Of a DNA stretch of 64,000 nucleotides, positions 1 through 11,260 are shown piece after piece; positions within the stretch are counted from its first letter, which is position 1; each line of letters opens with the position of its first letter. The notes under the pieces are model-generated. The model was given only the letters and a program-made list of their open reading frames with translations, searched no databases and was not told the origin of the DNA. Both the position numbers and the translations under genes were made by a program. The stretch comes from Rhizodiscina lignyota (Eukaryota). Location: positions 1,736,001-1,800,000 of the forward strand of contig ML978125.1 in the NCBI GenBank assembly GCA_010015805.1, given 5' to 3'.

Positions 1-317
1 CGCATGCAGCAGCGCTTCACTATTGGCTGAGATACCTCGTATCGAATAGTTGTTGCATCCGAGCCTAACTTACAATATCCTCTCATCCATACCCCACTCT
101 CAGCCTCATTGAGGAGGACGATATGCAAGAATATATGCAAAGCTTTGTGTAACAGTAGTGAATAGCTTTAGCTACTCGATTCAAAATCATCTGCAGCCAC
201 TATCCACACCAAGTCGCCCATCCCTCCTAGGCTGTGCCTCCCGACGAACCTTAATTAGTCGCTCGTGGCGAACCCCGTTTGCCAGGCGGTAATCGGTTCG
301 CTTCAACGTCATCTAGA

Positions 318-2441
318 ATGGGCGATAACACATACTTTTCAGAAGACAACAAATGGGACGCCGAGGACGGATTTCAACAAATCAGTGCTGATCTTCAATT
401 CAGCGATAGATATGGGGTGAATACGTGGTGTGAAACATCAAGGAACGGTATAACCATCGATAGTGACAAACATGTATGCCGGTCGACCTATCTAGCATCG
501 CCAGTCACCATTGCTAATTGCTCATTATAGGAAAGAGAGGAGTTATACAGGAAGCAGCAAAAGAGAGAAGAGGAAAGAAAGCAGCTCTTGGTGCACGTAG
601 ACGACCGATGGGTATATATCGTGGATAACGACTTCGCACAAGCTTTCATCAGCAAGCTTGACTTTAAGGGTTCGGACCGTCTCCCTCGCTACTCATCTCC
701 TCCAGAACTTTGCAACCGCTGTACCACCATCCAGCTGGGCGAAACCATCAGTACCCCTCAGCTACGAAAGAAGCTTAAGCCTTGTATCATGTGCCGAATG
801 CAGTCTCGGCGCTCTGAGGCTGTGGACGAGAGGAACCGATTCCTTAACGCCCCGTCACTAAGAGTGTGCGCATCTCCAAGGGTCAAAAAGGCGCACCCAG
901 ACGTTCAAGTTGGGTTTCCGGTCCTTCCGCGATCGAATAGTCCAATCCGGTTCAAACTAATGAACGAGTGGCTTCGCATTTGCGACGAAGATCATACCGA
1001 GTGTGTTGACGAGCCTACTGTCGGTGTCTACCCCGAATTGCCCACCAGGGTGATTGATATAGGGGAGCTATCCACTGATCACTTACGTCTCTGTGCTTTC
1101 AGTACGGAAGACAAGGAATCCTCTTGGCAGCCAAGATACATTGCTCTGTCCCATTGCTGGGGTAACCTGGCAGAAGAGCAGAAAAGACAGTACTGCACCT
1201 CTGCCGAAAACATTGACGAAAGGTCTAAGCAGGGCTTTGACATGGCCATACTGCCACGTACATTTCAAGACGCCGTCACTGTGACTCGAGAGCTGGGGAG
1301 ACGCTACCTCTGGATCGACTCCTTGTGCATCATCCAGTATGGCGACAATATGGAGGACTGGAAGAGGGAGGCCACGCGCATGGAAGGCGTGTTTAGGAAT
1401 GCGTATTGTACCATCGCCGCAACATCCGCGGCTGACTCGGCCAAGGGGTTTCTTAAACGCCCACGAGTCCAACAGCCAGAACTGCAATGCATCAAGGTAG
1501 AATCTTCTGCCCACGGACCGGTGTACGTTAGCTCCGTTGCCGATGATTTCCAGCGAGATGTCGAGCAAGGAATACTGAATCAACGCGCCTGGGTGCTGCA
1601 GGAAAGAGCTCTATCGCGCCGAATCATCCATTTCACCGCAACTCAGGCATACTGGGAATGTGGGAGTGGCGTGCGCTGCGAAACACTGACCTACATGCGC
1701 AACTCCAGAGCGCTCTTTCTGGGCGATGCCAAGTTTCCAGAGTCGCTGAATCTCCGGCGCTCGCTAGACAAGATCAAGCTATTTCAAGACCTCTTCATGA
1801 CGTACTCGCGTTTGGGCATCACGAAGCACACTGATAGGCCTCATGCGATTTCCGGGTTGGAGCAGCGGCTGGCAAGTACGTTCGGCACGGAGGCCAGATA
1901 CGGCGTGTTTGAGAAGTATCTTCACAGAAGTCTTCTATGGCAACGGTCTGGGGCTAAGAGAATGGATCGTATTCTGTATGCAGACGATGATGCTGTAGTG
2001 CCGTCGTGGTCTTGGATGGCGTATGATGGCGAATTTGAGTATCTCGAGATCAACTCCGATTATGTGGAGTGGGTCGAAGAGGTCAAGTTGGCTGATAAGA
2101 TGTTGAAAGCTCAAGTGAGACGCTTCCGAGGCTGCAAACTCGTGCGGAAGGACAACGGGACTTGCAGCATTGAAGCCAAGGAAGGGAAAGGTGAACGAGG
2201 GTGGTTGAAATATGACACCAAACCCCTCATGGATTTACGAGAGCTCCGATGTGTGATAATTGGAAGAGAGAAGGAATGGAATGGAAGTGGGAATCGGATT
2301 GTTGGGACCGATCATTATGTCCTTCTGGTCACGCCACGAGACTCGGAGACAGGTAAGGTATTTGCAAGAGTTGGTGTTGGGTTTGTGCCGTCAGGATATA
2401 TTCGGTTCCAAAAGAAGCAAAGCGAGGAGTGCATTGTCTGA
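318..2441 (+). CDS. Heterokaryon incompatibility (HET) domain protein, 2 exons
   Basis: HET motifs LPTRVID, YIALSHCWG, LPRTFQDAV..TRELG.RYLWIDSLCIIQ, LNQRAWVLQER. Exon 1 318-473; intron 474-530 (GTATGC..GCTAAT..TAG) joins in frame to the 588-2441 ORF. Confidence 0.9.
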
Positions 2442-4031
2442 ATCCGATGACCACCTTTATTCATCGAGCAGCTCACCTCTGTCACTGCTGTTGTCGCCGT
2501 GCAGCGGCGTCTAACAGACCCATTAGTCTCAAAGCCTTTCTTCGTTGCGTCTGTAGTCAAGGTCGGCTGTGGGAGTCCCAAGGAGCGGCAGTCGCAATCG
2601 CACCTTAGCAGATGTAACTATCGTCCACGAACAGATTGCACAGAACTTTAGCCGAGACAAAGAGGTGTCAGTCTTATGCGGATCGCCGTATCAGCTATAT
2701 CGGGTGTAGTCGATATCCAATAGCGTGCAGAGTCGTCCAAATCGATTATCTAGATACTCTCGCCAATCGAAAATGGCAAGGCTGAATTGGTTAGCCATTA
2801 TTTCGTCACAGTATCAAAGCACTATCGTTCATCTTATCGATACGTAGCATTGTGGAACTGAAAGGAGAATCGCGGATCGTTGGTATACCACTGACCCGGC
2901 TCTTTGAGTGAAACCAGCGATCTAAAGGATCTTTGGTACACCAAGCTGGGTCTCGCGGTGAAACCAACGAGCTGAAGGCAGCGCGAGTGCCACGTCTTTG
3001 AATCTCCAGCGTATGGCTGAATCTGTACAACCACACGCCAAGTCCAGCTCGAGCATAAAGATTCCCTTTAAGCTGCGAGTCAAATGGCCATACGTAAGCG
3101 GACAAGCCACCGAGCATCTTCGCCGAAAGCCACGATGCGCATTGCTGGCGTTTATCGAATTCGGCAGCGTTGGGACGGCAGAAAGTGCGATCGCCGCGCG
3201 GCCTTGCGCAAACGGGAGATTCGCTTTCTCGGTCTGCCCCGGCGGGTTGAGCTTTCGTGGCTTGTTTCAGGAAACAGCCAGGGCGCCGCCGAGCGCTGCG
3301 TGGGCTTGGATGGGGGCGTTCGGGGATTTGGCAGTGTGGACGGCGGGTTGTGGGTCTGGTCAGCGAGCGAGCGGAAATGAAAGAGCATTGTTTTCACTCG
3401 GGGCGGCACGCGCTGGCGGTTGAATGCACGGCATTGAGGGGAATTCAAGCTTAATTCGCGGATGGCCAGACAACAGGCAGAAGCGCGCAGCAAACAAAGA
3501 ACTGCCAGGCTGGAAGCCGTTGCAAGAGTGAAGCGCTGGCGGTGCGCGTGTGGTGCGAGGCAAAGCTTGGCCGCTCCCGCAAATTGCACTGTGGCCCGTG
3601 CTGCCGCGCTAGGCCACGTCCCGCGCTAGCGCTGTGGGGCCCCTGCGGCGTGATTGGCCCGTGGCGCTGCACCGCTGCAGGTACGGAAGGAGCGCCCAGC
3701 CCTGGCCGCCGGCTCTTTGTCCTGCTCAGCGACCGCATCCCAACTCTTCCACCAACCCTGCCGGCTGGCTGTCGCTCTCTTTTCTCCTTGAACTACCTTG
3801 CATTCTCTTCTTCTTCCACCAACGTTCCTTTCTGTAAGTGATACTCACCACAGTCACTCTTTTGGCCGCGGCCGCCAATTCACTCGTTATTGTTACCGTG
3901 GAGTCTTGTGAATGCGTATTACATCTCAATAGGAGGACCCACGCCCTTTTTACGCGCCCGCGGCGAGAATCCACTTCCATCGACAATTCTCAACTTCACG
4001 ATACCCAGAGCCAGATTCTCTTACGATCAAC

Positions 4032-5515
4032 ATGCGTTACAATCTTGTGGCCAGCGCCCTTGTGGCGGCGTCGATGATGTGTGGTGTGCTCGCGCAGAGC
4101 GGCGCGGATTGTGCTGAGTCCGGAGGCAACTGGTATTGCCAGGCAGTTCAGAAGATCGCGTACTCCGGATTCGGAAAGTCTGGCCAGTACAAGAAGGTCA
4201 CCAACATGTATCCAAGCTGCCAGCAGTCTGACCAAAGCTACTCTGGACCCCTTTCTCCATTCGATGAGGAGGTAAGATATTCGATCTTGACCCTGGAGTG
4301 GCCTAGACTGACAATAACGACAGGTTTCGATGCACTTCCGTGGACCCATGGTCATCAATCAGGTCGCAGTCTACACTCCATCCAGCAGCTCCAGCAAGGC
4401 CAAGGCTCGCCGTACCGTCCACGAGCGTCGCCATGGCCATGCCGGCTTCCACAAGCGCAATAAGGAGATACGCGAGATGCAGGAGCGCCAGATTGGCGCT
4501 ACAGTCACTGCGACCATCAATGGCGAGACTGTTCACTGGATCAACGAGTACGGTGGCCCAGGTGGCTCTCCATCTACCTCCGCCGCAGCAGCTTCTACCC
4601 CTTCTTCGGCTGCTGGTAGTGGTGACGCCGGTTTCATCGGCGCTGCTGTAGATTCTGTCGAGGCTGCTGCTGCTCCCACGACCTCTTCCAGTGCCGATTC
4701 TGCTACTTCGAGCTCTTCCACAGCGTCCACGCCTGTGGCTTCTGGTGACTGGGTTCGCTCCGCCTACTACAAACAGGACTCGCAGACCGCTCAGGGTATG
4801 GTCTTCCTCAACAACATGGGTGGTAGCGCCTCTGGTGTGTTCGACAACACCTATGGCAACTCCCTGGCCTACGCCTCTCCTGATGGCAGCTCTGCTGCTT
4901 CTAGCCCTCAAGTCTCCAACGGCACGCTGGACTCCAACAAGGAGGTTATCATCTTCTCAGACCAGAAATGCAATGGCGACTGCGGCTACGTCCGCGATGG
5001 CACTGTTGCTTACCGTAAGTGCTCTCCATACCCAGTTAATCTGCAGCTTATACTAACAACGATTAGACGGTTTCGATGGCGCTGAGAAGCTCTTCCTCTT
5101 CGAGTTCTCCATGCCCGACGATGGCACCACTGGCTGGAACATGAACATGCCCTCGGGCTGGTTCCTCAACGCCCAGATCCCCCGCACTGCCCAGTACGCC
5201 TCGTGCTCCTGCTGGGAGTCCGGCTGCGGCGAGTTCGACTGGTGCGAGGTGCTCGACTCCGGCAACACGAAGTGCAAGTCCACCTGGCACGGCAACACTC
5301 CCGGAGGCAGCTCCGACTACTTTGATCGTCCCACCAGCGCGCCTATCAAGATGGCTGTTCTCATGACCCCCAGCGGTATCAACGTCCAGAAGCTTGATGA
5401 TAGCCAGGATTTCGGCACCAGCATGTCGAAGGCCACGATCAACCAGCTCAGCAGCACCAGCAGTGAGAGTGACGGCGAGAAGCTTCTCACGACACTCTTC
5501 GCGCTCGGCTCGTAG
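4032..5515 (+). CDS. TOS1: Secreted TOS1/PGA52-like putative glucanase (DUF2403+DUF2401 type), 3 exons
   Basis: Signal peptide; motifs GNWYC, YSGPLSPFDEE|VSMHFRGP, Ser/Ala-rich linker, W.LNAQIPRTAQY..CSCWESGCGEFD. Introns 4272-4323 and 5015-5066. Confidence 0.88.
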
Positions 5516-5749
5516 AGTGACGGTACATGCATGGCTTGAGATCTTTTCCTTTTTCTCTTTTGCTTTTTGTGAATACTTCACTTGCGTGGCGTAACGATCG
5601 GACATGATGCTGGTGTAGGCGGGTTCCTTCCATCACGGTTGGATACAATAGTCCATGTACACAGCGATACACATCGGAAGAAATCAAGTAAACTGTTTAA
5701 ATGACGTCTCGGGTGGCTTATGTGCATGGCGGATTGAAATGTGGAAGTG

Positions 5750-6525
5750 AAAGCGTGAAAGATGCACTGCTGCCCCCCGTGCCATAGTCGATACAGTGCC
5801 GTCGACACTGCCACATATCCTATCTTACCTCAAGTGGTGCTCACGCTCTTACAATAATTGAGTACGTGCTTGTGATGCGGGTCATATTCATAAACCACCA
5901 AATGAAGTTGGAGATCATACAGTAGAACGCATTCGATACGAGCACTGGTCGACAATCATATTTGCGGACGAGTATGAGCGAAACGCACATGATGCTCATA
6001 ACGTCGACAGCATGTCGCCCAAGTTGTCATATTCTCCATCTTGCCTCAAGAAGTGATGCCTACGCTTCCTCGGATAGTTGAATACGTGCTTGTCCTGCAG
6101 TTTACATTGATATATTGCCTAATAAACTCTGGGATATTCCAATTGCATATCTGTAGTGTCTGAACGTCAACCATCAAAGTCGTGGATGGCGAGGGCCGAA
6201 AGCAAATGGTGCTCATCATATTGATACTGTGCCGCTCACATTGCCATAATTTCTGCCTCCTCTCAGCAATTCACACCTACGCTGCTTCGATGGCTGAATA
6301 TGGGCTTGTGGCTCAGTTCATATTCAATAGCTAGTCAATGAGCTCAGACGTATTGTAGCAGGCCGTGTCGGTGGCGACGAGTTGTTAATTTGATTTCGCC
6401 GTTACGCGTGAGCGAAAGCACGTGCTGCTCGTGATATCAACACCATCCAACGCACGTGCCATAATTTGCATTCCGTGTCAACAACGGACACCTGCGCTCT
6501 TCTGCCGATGAAATGCGTTCTCAGC
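5750..6525. repeat. Degenerate tandem repeat, ~217-bp unit, about 3.5-4 copies
   Basis: Anchor motif at 5978 (gcgaaacgcacatgatgctc), 6195 (gccgaaagcaaatggtgctc) and 6412 (gcgaaagcacgtgctgctc), spaced 217/217. A second anchor (agtacgtgcttgt, aatacgtgcttgt, aatatgggcttgt) occurs at 5861, 6081 and 6297. Confidence 0.75.
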
Positions 6526-6861
6526 CGGCGATGAGTCACGCAATGCCCCTTGAATATGTCAATGTTGTTTCATAAACAATGAAAACCGCCCCCATTTTTT
6601 GACAACACCACAATTTAACATCGCGAGATCGGAGAGCACCCACAATTAAAGCTTAATTGATGTCGCACGTGAAGGCGACAGTGCGCTAGGGCGGCCGCTA
6701 ACTCAGCGTGTATGTCGATCCGGTGTTCTGAACGTTCGTGGCTTCAAGGCGTCAATTAAACGCGAATCTATTGACCGGGCTGAGGCCGTGCGCTCTCAGC
6801 GTGGTGAAGTCTGTGGCGCCGGATACGGTGTCCGTAGGTGGTAGCTAACGGAAGCATTTTC

Positions 6862-6868
6862 TATAAAA
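6862..6868 (+). promoter_or_regulatory. TATA box (TATAAAA) followed by a CT-rich initiation-type region
   Basis: ctataaaagc followed by a pyrimidine-rich stretch at 6870-6915, with no credible CDS downstream. Confidence 0.55.
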
Positions 6869-6972
6869 GCTCCCCAACCTTCCTTCCTTTCCAACCCAAT
6901 TCCTCGCTCCCCGTTTACTGCGCAGTCAGAACTGATTGTCCCAGGCTTGAGCCGACCATTTCAACCACCGCC

Positions 6973-7412
6973 CCGACCACTGCCAGGGGGAGACTGTCCG
7001 GGGACGCCCGGGCAGGACTTTCCTCTGCAGTGCTCGGTGGGGAGTGCTCTTGATGTGTCAGGCTACTTGCCATGGGCTTCAATCAGCACCTGAGTCTGTG
7101 AGGGGATTCGGGTCCTGCAGCGAGGGGGTGTCCAGCAATGTGCTCGCTTGAAGCTCGGCCTCGCATCGGCTCACCCGCCCACACTCCGCTCCGCACGTTG
7201 CAGCCAGCATGAGTTCTCTCTCCCGGGGCACAGCCCTGGGGGAAGCAGGCTCATGCAGTCTGCAGCGTGCGGAGCGGGTTGTGACGGTGAGTTCTTTCTT
7301 GGTCGTCTTCAAGCGGCACATGTTGGGCGCCCGCCCGGCTTTGGACAGCACCTTCACGCGGTGCCGGGTGTCAGTAGCCTCTCTGAGGTGAAGCCAAGAC
7401 TGTCCACTCTCC
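6973..7412 (+). ncRNA. Candidate highly structured non-coding RNA (65-nt hairpin plus ~375-nt rod)
   Basis: Nested complementary arms: 7186-7203 with 7260-7277; 7126-7153 with 7307-7332; ggctact 7061 with agtagcc 7373; ggggagtg 7039 with cactctcc 7405. A separate hairpin spans 6973-7037. Non-Watson-Crick pairs in the inspected stems are mostly G-U on the + strand. Confidence 0.6.
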
Positions 7413-8684
7413 TTTTCTCTTCTCTCTTCTTTCTTCTTTCTTTTTGACTCCTGTGTAGCAATGGCCTCACCGATGCCTCCAAGATGCTCTGATGGTCGCC
7501 TTCGCAGCCTTCGACTCTTGTGGTGTTGCCATGTACACAAATGAGCAGCTTCGACTTGAGCATTCCCTGTTGTTGATACGATGAAGGCACATCGTTCGTC
7601 AACGCCATCGTCTTCGCCGCGCTGTTTGTGCTTATCTTCAGGGATGACGTTGTCGTTGTCGACGACATTACTCAATGCTCTCCTCTTGTAGATAGTTGAA
7701 TAGAAGAAGACAAGAAACATTAGCAATTTGATCATATGTATACTTGCAGCTACGCGCTCGGTTCTGTGATGCCCACCCAGGTGATAAATGGAAATGAACA
7801 ATGACCAAAGTTCAAGATGTGATACTGCCGCGTAAACCCTTCGAGGACCTATCTTGCATCCATGTGATGATGTATTGGGTATCTTACCATGCCAGTACCC
7901 ATAGTTATAAGAAAATATGAGAATACCATGTTCGAAGTATCGTGCAGTTGAAGTCATATCGACACCCTCTTCCTTTCGACCTTGATGAGAGCACTTCCGC
8001 TCCCTGTAATCGAACGGGTGGCTATGACATGGCTTGAACGTAAAGAAGTATTTTCTAGACTAAGTAATGTGCGAAACAAACATGATAGAGCATGGCATAT
8101 TAAAACGGAGAGTAGATCTGCGTTAAGGATGCAGCATCGTCACAACGTCGAGGCATCGGGTAGCGAACATTCTCCATCTTGTATCAGGCCGTGGTGCTGG
8201 CACTTCGGTTCCACATGTGCATAAAGTTGCGAGACAATTTGAGCAGAAAGAGGCCATTTTCCTGTCCAGCAAGGCAGTGGCAAAACCGTCTGATGTTTAG
8301 TCGCGATACGCCCGAACGAGGTGCGGTTGCGCATGAAAAGTCTGGGGTAGGGAAAACGCCGACAGCCGAGGGACGTTTTGTCAGACTTCCCGCCATCCTT
8401 CGACGGAGAGGGCAACGCCTGGCGAATGAAGACTCTTTCACCCATCCATTCGCACCCACTCGGCACACCTCTTAGTACTCTCTCAAACAATCGCTTCTCT
8501 CTAATCACTTTCAAAGCATCAACTCCTCCAACGCCCTCCCCGCAACTCTCATATCGCCACTGCGTCCTTCACGCTACCTATTCCGTCATAGTTCGACCGG
8601 CAGATAAGCCGAGCACCACACCGCCAGGCTACAAGAGAGCGAGGATACACATGAGGCATTGAGGGATCTCCAAAAGTGGGCTGG

Positions 8685-10227
8685 ATGGCTTCACCATCGC
8701 CTCCCAAGCCGTGGGAGCGTGCGGGTGCCGGTGGCACATCTGCAGGTGAGTGGCACGCGCTTTGTCGACCGCTGAGCGCAAAGAATAATGGCGCTTCACG
8801 AACTTTCCAAGAATCGTCTTCGGAAGAAAGTCATAACTGACATCTGGCTACAGCGGGCGCTCCACCTGCGCCATCGACAACAACAAGTACCGGTACCTCG
8901 TCATCTATTTCTTCTACCAACCCGCCATCACTACCCGCCAGACCCAGCGCCTTAGACTCCGTTGTTAACCGCACCGCCTCAAACTACTCCACACTCAACG
9001 CAAACCGCTACGGCTCGTCACCCTACGGATACGGTGGCATGAATGGCATGAGTGGCGTGGGTGGCATGGGTGGCTACAATTCCTATTCCTCGCCGTACAA
9101 TAGATTTGGGAGCTATGGCTCCATGTACGGTGGCATGGGCGGCTACGGTGGGATGTACGGAGGAATGGGAGGAATGGGCGGCATGTACGGTGGCATGGGC
9201 GGCGGCATGGGACAGAACCCAAACGATCCGAACAGCTTGACGCAGTCGTTCAGCAACAGCACGCAGGCGACGTTCCAGCTCATTGAGAGTATCGTGGGTG
9301 CGTTCGGCGGATTTGCACAGATGCTGGAGAGCACGTATATGGCAACGCATTCATCTTTCTTCGGTATGTGCCACCGATCCCAGCAATGCTATATCGTTTG
9401 AGCACGATGTTAACGGAGTTAATACAGCAATGGTGTCTGTAGCAGAGCAATTCGGCAACCTTCGGCAAACCCTCGGCTCAGTCTTGGGCATCTTCACCAT
9501 CATGCGATGGATCCGCACAGCCATCGCCAAACTCACCGGCCGTCCCATCCCAGCCAGCGGCAAAGAGCTAACACCTTCCAACTTTGCCGCCTTCAATGGC
9601 GGTTCGCTACCCGACGGCTCCCCCGTCAACCCCCGCCCGAGCAAGAAGCCCTTCATCATGTTCCTCATCGCAGTCTTTGGCCTCCCCTATCTCATGGGCA
9701 AGCTCATTCGCGCCCTCGCAAAGGGCCAAGAGGAAGAAGAGCGCAAACGACTGGAAGCAAACCCACAAGCGTACGGCGCCGACCCCAACGCCCCCTTAGA
9801 CCCGACGAAGCTCGACTTCTGCCGCGTCGTCTACGACTTCTCGCCCGAGACAAACGCGAATGTAGTGCAGGGCGTCGACCTGAGCGTCAAGAAGGGCGAC
9901 CTCGTCGCCGTGCTGAGCAAGACGGATCCGATGGGCAATCCGAGCGAGTGGTGGCGGTGCAGGGCAAGAGACGGGCGTATGGGCTATCTGCCGAGCCCGT
10001 ATCTCGAGCCGATTCAGAGGAAGAACCAGCAGGCGATTATGAGCGCGAGTCAGTCTGGTAGTCCAGCGGGAAGCAGGGCGCAAACTATGACAGGAAGCGG
10101 GCCTACGAGTGGGAATGGGAGTCGGACGGCGACGATGACGGAGGGAAAGGAGGTGAAGCCGGTGATTGAGGGCAAGCCGGGGGATATGCCCTTGGAGAGC
10201 TTCCAGAAGGGGCAATTCTATTCGTAA
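8685..10227 (+). CDS. PEX13: Peroxin-13, peroxisomal docking protein with SH3 domain, 3 exons
   Basis: N-terminal SPPKPWE, YG/GGM-rich region, STQATFQLIESIVGAFGGFAQMLESTYMATHSSFF|AMVSVAEQFGNL and a C-terminal SH3 domain. Introns ~8746-8853 and 9364-9427. Confidence 0.96.
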
Positions 10228-11260
10228 TGTGAAGGATTTGGGAATAATGAAGTACGGCGTTCATGGAGCGAGAACTCAAACCAGTCTCGCGACCATTTTC
10301 ATATACTTTTTTTCTCGGTTTGTACTTGCTGTCTTGTACATTTTTATGTTCAAGCACGTTGGGCTTGAGCTGTGACGATTATGATCTAAAAGTGCGATTT
10401 TTTCAGCAATATACCGATTCAGATCGTTCAATCATTCAATATTCCTTCCGACTTCCTTCGCACTGCTGTATCCGCCTTGCCAAACAGTTTGCGATGGCAT
10501 TCCCAACAGGCCTGAAGCTTAGTATCGATAAACTGAGCCTTTTTTCGAACAAGTCCTTCAGGCTTCATCTACCTGTCGATGTGCCGACCAGACCACCTAA
10601 ATTCGGGAAACTTACCGATCTCAACCATCCTTGATTAATTTTTACTTCTAATCTTAATATGTATCTTCCAAGTAATGTATAAGTACCATGACTTTCGAGC
10701 CGAACTCTTCAGGGCCTGTGCCGTTCGATACGACCATTTTGGAATGGCGCAGGAACTGCATTATGAGCGAGCGTTTCGGCGCACTGTTCGAGAAATATCA
10801 AGCGGTGGGCTTGGAGCAATGCAGCTACGCCTTGTGTAGTCGCAAGTAAATGGAGCATTTACGAGGTCGAGAAAGGCAGCTAATCGCATAGTCTCAGCGC
10901 CATCTTGGAGACTCCAGCAACCCTCAAGTCAAGCCTCAATACGCAACATCGCTATGAGCAAAGGCAGCTTTCATGAGGTAAAGACATGTACTGATCGCAA
11001 AGCCTCAGCGACGTCTTTGATACTCCGATGACGTTTAATTTACACCTCCATATACAGATTGGCCCGGCTAAATAGAGCCATTAGGACGTAGACGTAGTTC
11101 AGGGCTTGTGACCAGCCGTTCAAATTTATTCGTGCAACTTCGACCAATGCCAAATTTCGCAATTCCGATACATCCGTTTGTACATCCCGTTATCCCTGCC
11201 AACGCCGTTCCGATATCCTTCTCTCAGCTCGGCCCCGGGGCCACCGAGATGTCCAATCAA

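Noticed and set aside
2800..3990. Many overlapping 60-145 aa ORFs
   Set aside because: GC-rich promoter/UTR of the TOS1-like gene; no motifs.
5750..6525. CRISPR-like array interpretation
   Set aside because: Eukaryotic context, long highly diverged units, no identical short repeats and no nuclease gene nearby.
7011..7026. Minus-strand GAGGAAAGTCC resembling RNase P/MRP CR-I
   Set aside because: No complementary P4 partner (CR-V) downstream, and the G-U bias favours the + strand.
7079..7957. 292-aa minus-strand ORF
   Set aside because: No domain; it runs antisense through the GC-rich hairpin and the CT tract (giving KRKKKEERR), so it is probably incidental.
6860..8600. Telomerase RNA, SRP RNA or snR30 as the identity of the structured region
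   Set aside because: No TAACCCTAA-type template, no SRP helix-8 CAGG/GNRA/AGCAG arrangement, and no H/ACA or m1/m2 motifs found by eye.
9030..9215. GGMYGG repeat tract
   Set aside because: Known YG-rich region of Pex13, not a separate element.
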